From NCBI GenBank assembly GCA_000708835.1, contig DF237031.1, positions 124,001 through 188,000 on the forward strand: a stretch of DNA of 64,000 nt, in the 5' to 3' direction. The notes beneath the pieces are model-generated. The model was not told where the DNA came from and did not search any database. It worked only from the letters and a program-made list of their open reading frames with translations. Origin of the DNA: Klebsormidium nitens. Its lineage: Eukaryota; Plantae; Klebsormidiophyceae. The position numbers and the translations under genes are program-made. Shown here piece after piece: positions 1 to 12,500 of this stretch; position 1 is the first letter of the stretch, and every line of letters begins with the position of its first letter.

Positions 1-13
1 CCGTTCAGCTCAC

Positions 14-2180
14 CGCGACTCTGAAGGCGTCCATGCGCGCCGCCTCCTTCGCTTCCAGGGCCTCCAGCTTGTGGCTCGCTTTCAGCATGCTCTTCAGTTT
101 CTGCAACGGCGAGAAAGACGTCCGGATCCATTGAGTGATTATACCGACGTTTGTTTGGTTGTAGGGTTCGACTTGGTCAAACGTGCACGCCATACCATAG
201 GTGCAAAGAGCTGCTTTGGACACCTAGCTCTGGCTTCTGTTCGCACTATCATTTTGTGAAGACCCGAACATAAAAAGGCCGGGAGTTGTCAGATGTGACA
301 ACGAGGAGGCCGAGTCGCTTGCAGTCACCAGGACAGACCAAACATAGGGGTTACCAGGAACAGTCAGTTGCACTGCACAGCAACTATCCACCACTGAAGT
401 AGAGAGGCCAACCCACTAACCCACCTTTGTTCGTTCTCCTGTGGCCCCAGAGCCTCATGAGTGTAGATTTGTAATAGACTGATATAGAGATGGTGCAAAT
501 TGGCTGCACTCATTGCCTTTACCACATGATAAAGAGGTGAAGCTTACGAAGGAGACTAAGAACGGGGTCAGCACACTAACCCGCTTCTCTGCATTCAGCT
601 TCTTGACTGCCCGCTGATCCACCGCCCCAAACTGGTTCTGCAGCGCCATCTGCTGAGCACGCGCTTGCTCGACCTCCCCCGCCAGCCGCACCCGCGCCAC
701 CTCAGCGTTCTGACGCATTGCGCGCTTTGTTTCCTCTGCAGCCCGTCTAGCAGCCTGCAGAAACGCTACCAAAGTCATAATATAGTCTCACCAGGAGCTT
801 GTAATACTCCCACAATCGGACTGGAGGAGGGGTTGCTTTGCTCTGATTCACAGTCAGTTCAATCTGCAGACATGTTGATCTAACTCTCCTGAGCGGGCCT
901 TGTTAACTTTGGACCTATTCACTGTGTTAGAAGCACAGTCTGAGGTACACAAAAACGTTGGTTTCAAGAAGCCTGTGACAGCCACATCAGCATCGGACTC
1001 GTCATGCTGCTCTAAGGCTGCAAAGAAAAAGGTGCCCTTCAACCTTCCTAATGGGAACTCCGATCTGCTCCTCGCGCAGAGGCTTGCATGAAGTGAGATG
1101 AGATCCGCTGCCACATCATGATCCTGTCACATGCTGCACCTTTCCCTTGTCCACAGCCTCTGCCACTTGGACGGAGTATGCTGTTCCCAATGCATGCCTC
1201 CAATCCAAGCGGTGCATGCCTTCAAGATACCGATAAGCAACTTCACCCCAATCAGAAAAGGTTAAAAATTTACATTCAGAAGCTTCAGAGTCAGCCAGCA
1301 AAAGATCAACACGGACCTCCTGCTGGCTGTTGGGGCCCGGCTTTTCTGGCTGCACTTCATTTCCAGCCCCCTCTAGTTCTGCCGCTTCTCTTTCGCCCTC
1401 TTGTCCCCATTTCTCCTTCTTGTCTTTTCGCTTCCGCTTCTTTCTCTCCTCTCGTTCCTCTCTCTTCCTCCGTTTTCGCCTCTTCCGCTCTCTCCGATCC
1501 TCACTTTCACTGCTGCTTTCCGATTTGCTCACATCTTTACGTCTCCTCTTCCTACTGTTCTTGCTCGACCGGTCCCTCATTCGAGCGCTTCGACTTGTTA
1601 GGTCCCTAGAACGTTCTTTTCGCTTCCTTCCATCCAACGCACTGCCTTCACTATCTCCAGAGTCACTGCCAACTCGCTTCTTGTCAAGGCCGTTTGATTG
1701 GCCCTTTCCCTTTCTCACTGAGTGACTCTCTCCACCCTTCCGTTTCTTCCTTGCATGTTCTGCCTCCGAGCCGCTGCAGGAGAAACTGCTAGCGCCGCTA
1801 TCTGCGTCACTTTCGCTCCCGCTTCTGCTTGCTTCTCGCTCCTTGTTTCTCTTCCTCCCATTCTGCCCCTTCCGCTTCTCTCCCTCCCTCTTCCCTTGCC
1901 TACGATTGCTACCTTTCCGTCTCCTTTCCCTGCTTAGATCGCTTTCTGTATCGCTCATGCTCTCACTCTCGGAAGAATCACTTCTCTGCCGCCGTCGCAA
2001 CTTATTGCCCCTCCCCCTGACCTCATCATGACCCCGCTCCTTCTCTTCTCCATCCTTCCCCTGTCCAGCAACCGTTGCCCGCCTGTCATCATGACTGCCA
2101 TTGGATCCATTCTTCTCAGTTTTGGTATTTTTGCATGTCCCGTCTCTTTCTCTGTCTCCTACTTTCTCTTCCTTGTCCAT
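14..2180 (-). CDS. Ser/Arg/Lys/Glu-rich low-complexity protein with a C-terminal coiled coil (3'-partial, multi-exon; family not recognised)
   Basis: ATG at 2180. Exons 2180-1317, 754-581 and 100-14 are all phase 0 with GT..AG junctions (gtccgt, gttagt and gtgag donors; ctgcag and ttgcag acceptors). The spliced product reads ...PNSQQE|AARRAAEETKRAMRQNAEVARVRLAGEVEQARAQQMALQNQFGAVDQRAVKKLNAEKR|KLKSMLKASHKLEALEAKEAARMDAFRVA|. The gene continues beyond position 1. Confidence 0.75.
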
Positions 2181-3948
2181 TTTATTTGCACTCTGTACGA
2201 TTCTTCACGCGCCAAACTAAGGGTTGATATAGGATGAAATCAGACTGCTGCAGTTGCCACACCTGTAGAGCACAAGGTACAAGGTAAGGAAGTGTATGGT
2301 TCAGCTTCAGGCACTCCGCAAGTTGAAGAACACCAAAGGATTTCTCAAGCACTTGAATAAGGATACCAACAAGAATGCACGAACCAGAACAAAGAAAAGG
2401 CATGACAGAGTTCGCGTTTGGTATCAGACACTCACGATAACGGGTTCACCAAAAGCATCGTCACAACCTCAATCGTAGAAATTGATATTAACAAGCCTTA
2501 CAGTACATCAGCAATGCGGACAAGAACCACCAAGCATCGTGATAGACTGGACTGCAAGCTGCCATGCAAAGGTTGAATAGCACCTTCCGGCCTTCCATGG
2601 CCGTCAGGTTAGCAGACACTTCTACCATGACGGATTTTCCGAGCTTGAAATTGTGAGAGACTCACGCCATCCTTCGAGAGGAGCGCAATTCTATAAGACA
2701 GTCAGAAAGTGATGAAATCAAGGATCCACTTTGGATGCACGCGGAACTTCGCTCAATTATCCACAAGACTCACTCTGTGGAAAATGCCATTACAGGCAAA
2801 TGACCAGGGTGCTCCTTACCTGTCACTCGTGACGATTGAATGCGCCTCCTCAAGTTCTGCATGATTTTCAGCGACAATGCAGGAGAACACAATTGCCTCG
2901 CCCTTCCAGCTTCCTTCAAGGCTACTTCAACTCCAAGTGAATGGACTGTGACTCTGACTCTGAGGCTGTGTGGAACTTGGAAGAAAGACCAAGTAAATCG
3001 AGTCGGGTTTATCTTAGGTTAGTCAACCACGGTTATCACCGCCGTTTCGACCGTGCGGTTTCATTCCGCTCGGTAAATGCGGCTTCATGCTCGGCTGTGC
3101 AAGCGGGGCAGAAATGTGAACCGCCCAAAAACTCGCATCTATGTCGCCTCGTCTGACGTAACCCAACAAAAGTTGGTTAACTTGCACAATTGATCAGCTG
3201 CAGGGGGAGTGCTTTCAAGTCCCGTCTAGTGCAATGGAGGGCAGACCTGCAACGTGGCTTGCATTACTAGCCCTCTGATTTTTGTCCCATCGCTTTGATA
3301 AGCCGCCCACTTTAGGATCCTGGTATCACAAGCTAGTGGTCCGCTTGGAAAGCTTTGTAAACCGTGCAGATAGAAAACCCAGCCGTACAGTGCTTCGCAT
3401 TTTGAGCAAATGCAGAGGAGACTCGAACGGCTTCTGCAAACATACACCCCTTCAAGGTAAGTTGCAATTTCTTGAAATGGCGACTCGTTCATTGTCGTTC
3501 GTGGTCTGCTCTTTGTTTGCATCCTGTAATTGTTGCCTGCGGTCTGTTGTAAGTCTCCTCTCAACCCCATTGCTGCTCATTGAGGGTCATGAGGGGCATG
3601 CCAAGACACCCAGGCTGCTCAATGAAGGCTTCCTGTTGTCTTAGCAATCCAGTACAGCAGTTCAAAGAAACTAACTCATCCCGTCTTGCCCTTTCAGCAC
3701 CACGTAAATCGTGTCTTATGTTTGTAAGGTCCACTTCTGAGAAACATCGTCAGAAGCTTGTGTGTTCATGCTGGCTTCTAGCGCCCTTGATGTATCAAGC
3801 ATAATGCAGTATCTGGAATTCTCCAACCCCCAGAGACAATTACAACACTTAGATAGCAGGCATTGCAATCTGCCAAGCCCTTCTAAAGAAAGGACCCCAA
3901 TCTGCATTCTCTGTAGAGACCTGCCACACAGCTTTGTCAGCAACTAGA

Positions 3949-6900
3949 ATGGGACCCCTTGAGAGAAACCCGCTACCACCACCGTTCAACAAGGCCCGCC
4001 CTGGGGCCCCCATTGTGGTGTCGCACAGAGCTGGAGGAAATGAGGCGCCGGAGAATACTCTGGCCGCGCTCAGACATGCAGAGAAGGCGGGTTCGAAGGT
4101 GGGGATAGCAAAGCTGGGTTTGTTGTTCACCTGTTTGGCGAGAGAGCCGCTACGATGGGTGATAATCATACCCCAATGGTTGATTTGTTGGGGACTCCAC
4201 ATGACTTAGCATATGCTGTGCATAAAGATGGAAGCATACTAGCATTCGCCCTTGGGACGCTGAGAACAAGACGAAGCGCGTTTATTGGTAGGACATGGGG
4301 CGAAACAGTTCCCCATGCCTTGGCACACTGGTGAGGCTTGCTTGCTTCTTGCTTCCCTCAGATTCACCATAGAATACTGGATGCAATCATCAAAGACTGA
4401 TGATCGGAAAAATATCCTTCGGGTCGAAACGAGGTTGTACATGGAGAGGCATTGCTCTAGACTTCAATAAATGCAGAGGATGCTAAACACAAGCATTCAG
4501 ATGTAAGTAAATTAAAAATGTGTTCCTGGACCCCTCATTCGTAGAGAAGCGTGTCAGATAAGGTCTCTTCAGACACCTTAAGCCAAACTTGTGTTTGTTG
4601 TTTGCAGTTGATGCAAATGGACATTCTCCAAATTGCTGACGGCACACCTATTGTCTACCATGATCCAAGCCTCAAGCGAACGCACGGTATGGACTTGGAG
4701 GTGAAGAAGGTGAGTAGCTTGAAACATAAACACTCAACACGGAAATACCATCCTTAATGGGAGAAGAGATTCGCAGTCTGACTCCGAGAAGTGTGATCCA
4801 TCAGGACTTGCCTGGTGTCTTCTCCACTTCTGGATTTGAAAACATTCAGACGTTACAGAAACCGCCAGCGCTGAATGCCGAGTCTGGACTCCGCTTGTCC
4901 CAGTGATCTGATGGCTCCGAGAATGCAGTAAGAAAACTCAGTTCACGTACATGACCAGAAATTTCTGTTAGGCTCCAGTCTTGATGCATTCAGGCACAAC
5001 GTTAACCGCCGGCGCTGATATCCAACTCTGGACCGTGCTTATCTGACATGAGCGCTCTCTGCATTTGGTCTTCAAACAGAGTTGATGACTAGAGCAACAT
5101 TTCCCATATCAGGCGCACTCTGGCTGCAGATTCCGACAGTGGCCGATCTGCCTCCGTTTCCAGAAGTGCTCGAGCCATGTCTAGCGATTGGCGGAGCCAA
5201 GCCGATTCACACCACGGCTTTCAAATACGGACGGCGCATCGCTCTTGTGAAGGAGCTGTTGGACGAGGTCAGTCATATCCCTCGTTTAAATTTCTTGGTT
5301 GCCTGATCTACATCCTCAAGTGGTTCTGTGCCACTTACCTCTCCGGTCTGCGGTGAGAAACCGTGTATCATATGGTGAAACATGTGTCTAAGTTCTCCTG
5401 GGTGCTCCCTGCACAGCATTTGATCAACTAGTGTGCAACTTGGGCTGCTTGGAGCCAGGTTAAGAGACTGCGTAAGTATCTGTGTCGTATCTATTTCCAT
5501 GTATTCCTGGCTGCTCCCTCCTCATGGGCGGCTTTCAGCCGAGGCAAAATTCCTGTGTATCGTATCTGTGCGACATAACTCCAGAGCAGTTCCTCCACGT
5601 CAATGAAGCCGTAGGCTCGGGACCTCGCTTTTCCGCATCAGAGGTTTCAGGTTCGTCGAAGCTGTCCACTTGGCCTCCGTCTTGCTTCGCATCGGAGACT
5701 AGGTGCAGAATGAGAACTCGATTCAGTGTGTTGTTCAGCGCAATCCAACCAAGTTCAATGAGATTGCAATTCATCGTCGATGCGGATTTGTTATGAACGC
5801 GAAGAGATGCTTATAAGTACCTGCGACGCTTTCTGACAGGCGGCACCTGATACGTTTCTCCTTCTAGAGTTCTGGGAAGAAGACAAGGTGAGCCCCAATC
5901 AATTCGTCGCTCTTCATGATCTGCCTGACGTTTGCACCATCCATCAAAAGAGACGCAAAAGGTCTCGATTAACAGAAACCGGGTACTAGTTCAGGTCGCA
6001 AGTCTCTCAATGTTGTTCACATGTTGAGGGTACCGGGTCTAGTTTTTCCTCAGTTTCAAAGTTGACTGAGCACCTGTTTTGACGGTTTGCTCAAGATTGC
6101 TCAGGACTAGTGTGTTCAACACCTCTTAAGGCTTTGGTTTAAGTGAGGGATGTATCGACCTTGATTCGGCTCCCCTGTACCTGATTAGCCATGGGCTACC
6201 CGTGTCTGTCGTTCACGGAAGCTCTTGCGAACCCGCGTTTTGAATGGCATCTTAGCATGAGCGTAGCATATGCCGTTGAAATCTGCTCCAAACAGACGCG
6301 TCACTCGCCCCCCACAAACTCCGTACGAGGCCATAAACGTTCATCTTGAAGTGTGTGGGAGACAGATACACAAGAAAAATCAACCACGGTAACTAAAAGT
6401 CCGTTTTTTCGCATCGGAACAAGCAATTAATTCGGGTCAGTGTCCCCAATACGGAAACGTCAGGGTGAGATTGCTTCGGGTCGAAGTTGAGTCCAAACCC
6501 GACGGGCTAAGAAAGCAAGTACTTCGACGCTCAACATGAAAAAAGAGAGTGTCTCAAGGTTTTGGAGTGACAGTGCTCAAGTATGATAAGAGTGACTTTT
6601 TACCTTGCCCTCGCAGATTGTAAAAGGAACATGTTAAGAAGAGCATGAATGATTGGACGCACCCTCTCCGTGTGCAGGAACTGGTCGAGAAAGTGGTGCA
6701 CATGATCAAAGATGCTGGTCGCTCTGAGACGGTGATACTGGGGAACCCTTTCAGCACGAAAACGTGGCAGTTTTGCAAAGAGGCTTTACCGGGGGTGTCC
6801 ACGATACTGCCCTTAAGTGAGGTAAGACCTGACCACTTTTCAGCGGACTTCTGGGGTTTTGATAATTGGATCTAAAGCCTTGAAATTGTACAACACGAAG

Positions 6901-8169
6901 TGGGTGACGCTTGGGTGGCTGCACATTGACTCGTCTCTTGTTGACATACGCGTTCGCTCAGCCTTGCCTCTGCCCTGAGAAAGCCAGAAATTATCTTTGT
7001 TCTTCCTGTCTTTGATGGATGTTAGGCGTTGGCTCAAGTTTGGGTCTAGAAGCTCATTTCTGGCCAATTGGGAGCACAGGCGATGAGAAAGGGGCGTGAT
7101 AACGTCCGCCCACCTCCAAACGTATCCAGAATCACTTTTAGCTGTGGCAGAAAACATAATGTAGTCAACAGGCACATATACAAGTTTAGAATAAGCCCTG
7201 CAGCATCGTTACAACCCTCAATCAGCCCATAATCCTGTCAAGCTGCAAGGCATCTTATTTGCCCCTGGCAATGTATGTTTACAAAACCTGGGACGCGCGC
7301 GTGGCTTTGCACTCATATTTTCTTCCGAGCAACTTGTTTAGAAAACAATGGTAGGTCACTCAGTCTACTGCGGATTGAGAATAGGCCGGTTCATTATTCA
7401 AGACTTTCATAGACTCGGCCTTCACTTCCCAGGTATTCAAGCTGTACGCTTACTACATGTTCGGCCTCCTGTTCTGGTGGCGACCCCCGGCCCAAAACGT
7501 TGTGTTCAACATTCCGTTGTTCACAACCGATTGGCATATCGGCCTCGCCAAACCCCCGCCCCAAAGTACCTGGAAACAAAAGCTCGGGGTCTTCGCGTTC
7601 TTCCAGTTTTGCAACTTCATGAAGTGGCTCTTACCGCGACCAAAGTTGTTCTCCTGGCTCCAGGTGGGTCTTTCATTCCTCTTAATGTACCGGGCTTTGA
7701 ACATTTTGGATGTCCTTTTGGGCTTAGAACGAGTCCTCGTGATTCGGGATGGGATTTCTACCCCCTTCTAGGATAGCTTTGATTTCCGCAAATAAGGGAT
7801 CACGTGCTCCTCCTCCATACTAACTCAATCTGCCCGTGTTGCCATTTTGACATCCAAAGGAGCCCCCATCATCTCGATCTGAGCCAAGCTTGAAAGTGAT
7901 GTCGCGCTCCATGTCGTCCACTTCCCCAGTGGTCGTATCATACGGGTTTTCTTTACATTTTCCTGAAAATTACAAAGAAGAAACCTTGAGACCCGGGTGA
8001 TAAGCTCGTTTCTCATTCGTGACAGGAGCACGGGATCCCGGTTATGGTCTTCATCCTCAATCGACCTGTGGATTGGGACTATGCACTCAGTCTCGACGGC
8101 ATCTCTGCCATCATGACCGATCACCCAATGGCTTTGAATGAGTACCTTAAAGCACGGCAGTTTAGTTAG
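3949..8169 (+). CDS. Glycerophosphodiester phosphodiesterase domain protein, GDPD1/GDPD3 (GDE4/GDE7 lysophospholipase D)-like, 7 exons, ~318 aa
   Basis: Exons 3949-4098, 4608-4709, 5130-5267, 5840-5887, 6678-6821, 7433-7663 and 8026-8169 are all phase 0 and total 957 nt. Motifs SHRAGGNEAPENTLAALRHA, MDI..ADGTPIVYHDPSLKRTHG, GIPVMVFILN and GISAIMTDHP match the GDPD TIM barrel. An internal hydrophobic segment (VFKLYAYYMFGLLFWW) resembles GDPD1. The start codon is uncertain and an upstream exon is possible. Confidence 0.85.
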
Positions 8170-9546
8170 CGGCAGGTGCGCGGTAAAGAAGAGCCATACA
8201 AAGGACACCCTTCAACTTAGCTGTACAATATCATTGAGTCCGGAAACTTTGTAGTCATCGGTGCATGCATTCATGCAGTGCACCCCGGCTTTAGCGCTAT
8301 GCGAATCATACGCAGCTCAATTCCATTCTTTACTGAGTCAATGAATCCGGCTTTGGACACTATACTAGTTTAGTACTAGAAATAATTTTGAAAGGAAGCC
8401 TGATGATTTGGTCGCTCTGCGGGCAACAGCGAGTTCGACCATCTTGAACGACCACGAATGACCGTAACCAGGATTCCGACTTACTAGGGTTTGCGTCAAA
8501 CCTGATACGTACCGGTGGACGTTGTACGTCGCATACTGTCTCGCACTGATCCTGCTTTTTAAAGGCGGCCGTGTACTTATCTGTTATGGCCAAACCCTTA
8601 ATACGAGGGTTTTGATGCGACTCGGAGGCCAGCTTGTGGTTTGCTTGGGCGGTTACTGGCCGGGAACGAAACCGAGCCAAGCCCACTGAGTGATATCTGC
8701 CGCAAATGCAAATATTGTCAAAGTCCGACAATCTGCTTGGCTTTGCCCGACCGTACGTTGCGTCCGACGTGCGTGGTCACTGTGATTGGCTGAGCCTGGA
8801 GTATATCAGGCAATATAGGTCAGGATATCCTTGTACATCTCTGAGAGCATCACTCAATCCACCAGCTGAACTGACTTACGAGGATCACCAAATGACGTCA
8901 TGTACCGCCGATATACAACGAATGACTGAAATGATTGCTCTGCATGCACGGCATGAAACTGATCGACATATTGGTATATAAGGTGTAGCCTAGTTAGCTA
9001 GTAGCTAGTTCGCTCCGAACAACGTACTCATATCACCCATTGAGCGACCTTCGATCTGTATCAGAATGACTTGGCAAGTAAGATGGTACAAATATAAGCC
9101 GGCGCTAGCTTCCGGCAAATCATTGAATATACCGCTAACTTACAAATTTTAGCTAGCACGTCAGTGCACGGCCATCCAACATGCCGATAACATAGTGATC
9201 GTATTCCGGCGGGCCAGTGACCAACTTGGTAGCTAGACTCGAGGATAAATGGTGGGCGCTCCTTGATATCTCGTGGCATATTAACAATCGTCCTTTTCCA
9301 TATCTAGCATCTTCTAAGTCAACACGAGTCTAACCGTAAGAATTGATGATCGTCCAACATAATATCTCCTTACACGCTTGCTTACAAGAATCGAGCTAGC
9401 AACCTATCGTTTCAGAAATTTTTGCAGAAGAATTATATACACAGCTATCCCTTCACCGTGGCACCGACTTTGCAACACACGACCAAGGTTTCCCGAAAAT
9501 CCGTACAGCCTAGTCGGCAATTTTTCAAACGAACACGAATGCATGC

Positions 9547-12500
9547 TTACGCGGGAATCCATTGGCCGTGGAACCCATAGGGAATCCGCTGCGGAATCTT
9601 GATGCGCGCGGTGGGCGCTTCCTTATCCACCTCCTTTGCGTCGATGATGTACATCTGGAACAGAGACAAGGAAATCATCATGCTTAGAAGCCTACTGAGG
9701 TCGCGCTCGTAATTTCTCGCCTGCCTGGCGGGCTCCGGATGAAAACGAGGGACTTTTCCAAGCTGATTAAGGACTACCTGGAGCCGACCGGCTCGTTTGA
9801 TTGGGCACTGCAGGGCCCCGGAATGCGTGGTAAAAACGCTGGGATAAAGCTAGCCAAGCAAGGTTGTCATAGTGCACTTCATACAACAATTGCTCAAATC
9901 AGCACTTGTATGGAGCCAAAAACGAGGACCGTCGATTAAACGTTTCAGTCAAGGGCCCTGCTCCAACAATTGCTTTTTGATTTGTTCGCTGCGAGATGGA
10001 ACCTCAATTGCCGCCGTTTAGCGCATCGTTCGTATTTTCGTGAAAGACAACCGTGGTCCTCGTCTTTTTGCTCGGCTCCGGGAAACAGACAGGAGCATCA
10101 AGACTGGTTCCTAACCCCGACTCGATTGTACTCTCGTCAAAGACAGCCGTGGTCCCGTTCTCACCGGTCATCAGAAGAATTTCAGAATCATAAGGAAAGG
10201 CTTAGTCACTGAAGTCCCCTCCGACTCATTGGTGTTCTCGTCGCAGACACACGTCACCAGCCTGCCATCGGCCTCGTCCTTTCCCCCGGGCATGCAAAAG
10301 TCATCAGGAACTGAAGAAAGGTTTGAACGCTGAACTTACTTCCGACTCGTTGGTGTTCTCGTCATAGACATACGTCACCAGCCAGCCGTCATCTTCGTCC
10401 TTTCCCCCGGGTCTCGGAACGAAGACCGGTTCACCGCCAAACCTCCCGGGGCCGAAAGTGTGGAGATCCATCCTCACGGGCAGCTCTGATTCCTGCACTC
10501 GACAAATTGGCGTCAGAAGGATATTCGTGTTTTGATAAGCGCAGTGGTTAATAAACATCTGTGTTATTAGAACGCTGGCGTTCGAATGATTCTTACTTTG
10601 AAAAGAACGCTGGTTTTAGAATGGCCAGTGCGTCAGAAGAACGTTGATGCTTGAATGAACGATAACGAGATTTGGAGTCTGTGAGCACAGGGACAAACAA
10701 ATACAGAGTCGTTTACTTGCGCGGCTCTTTCTTTAGATCTATAGATGCAACATTGCAGAAGACGCAGGAGGCTGGGTGCATTCTGAGAGGCTGTCGTGGA
10801 ATCAAACGAAGCGAGTCGTCCGGAAATGCACCGCACTCGAGGCACGTTCGACGAGACGGTCTTTGACAGGCGATCGCAACAGTTTAAACCCAAATTGCTC
10901 GGGGTATTCAACGCCGGCACTTGCGCCATTTCGATGCGTGACAGCTTGAGAAGAGGACGCAGCATGGGCCGACAGCTTGCAAGGTGCTGCGCTCCAGAAT
11001 CAAAAATCCGTCGCCCTACTCATAGTGCGGTAACTCTGTAAATTGCCAACACTCCGCTCGACCATGTGTCGTAACATTTCAAGAAAAAAGTTTGTTAGCC
11101 GGCCTAAGCAACGAAGACACTCGGACACATCTAACACATTTTCCCTGTAAGTTTTGATCTCTACTTATTGAATACATCCACAGGAGGGCGGCGCGGGCCA
11201 TACCTTTGCGTTTGCTGGTATGTGAAACTTCCCAATGCCACCGTACAGAGGGAGCGCTGCGCAGCAAAGGGTCTGGGTTTGTCACTCAGCCTAATTGCTG
11301 TCCGAAGAGAAGGACTGCACAAACCAACGGCGCGTCCCCAGATTGACGTGAATGAACGTTCCCTTTGTTTGAGTCTGTGTCCCATCAACTGACAATGGAC
11401 CTTAAGCAGGAGCTTAAGTAAGAATAACAAGAACGGAAATGCCAAAATTGCGAGAAAAGCAAGAGACATCAGAAATTGCCGCTTACATCGAGTACAAATA
11501 TCGCTCGTACAATAATCAAAGGTTCTGATTAGGTCTGCCTTGTGCAACTTTGTCCGTCATTGATACATTGTATCAACTCGTGGTAGATCACTGCTCGGCG
11601 GATCAGTTGTTATTCTCGACACGTTCTAGACACACAATTTACCGCTGAATCCTTGACCAGGGACTCCTTTGAATCGCACACAAATGACGCAACAGGCGCG
11701 AGTAAAGGGGTTTTGATGACGCACCTGCTTCAATGCACGCCTCTATGTCATGCACCGCCACGTATCCATACTTCGTCCTCCGGCCCAGGTGGTTTTCGTT
11801 AACCCGGGGGAAGTCCCCGCTCACTTTCCAGTCAGACAGCATCCGCTCGTTGGTTTCCCCGGTTTGCATATCGAGCCTCCATTCGTACAGGTTGTTAACG
11901 AGTCCGCCGTCAAGCAGCGGGTCTTCGGCGGATTCCGCCGGGGTCGGCCGGATTCCGCGGCGGAAGTAGTCCTGGGGGGTCATCCCCCGGGGCGGAGTGA
12001 GCCCCACGCTGCGGCTGCGCTGTCCGTGGAGAACCACCTGCAAGAACGGCTGGCGGATTGACAATTCCCCCTTCTCTTGCAAGGCGGAACGTCACTATCG
12101 CTGATCCGGAGCGAACAGAGGGGGACGAGCGGAACGGACAAGAGCGGAACAAAGTCAGGGGTTGCCGGCTTTTACTGGTAAAACAGCGCCTCGCGATTTA
12201 GTTGCGCTCTTCTCTCACAATGATTTCAAAAGCTAAAGCAGTCATTCGCTTGCAGCGAGTGATAGTGCTGAGCGTGAAACACCATGTTTCCTTTTTGAAG
12301 GGGATCTCAACAGATCGGCTCTTCACGAGTTCAATTCCTTCACTTCTTGCAACCTGTACCGATAGTGAATAACAGAAAGGTCAACCACAGCTACCTATAT
12401 CTCAGAGGGGCTGGGAATTGTTGGCCAACTGATCTGCCCCCCACGGAACCTTTCGGGTCCAAATACTGCAACAGTCTTGTTGGCCAGGTCGGTTAAGGCT

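Noticed and set aside
1116-1316. C-terminal part of ORF 1116-2180 as coding
   Set aside because: A donor at 1316 splices in phase to exon 754-581, so the remainder is intron read-through.
8200-9500. Short ORFs in the GDPD-CCD spacer as transposon or viral genes
   Set aside because: No recognisable domains, terminal repeats or target-site duplications were visible by eye.
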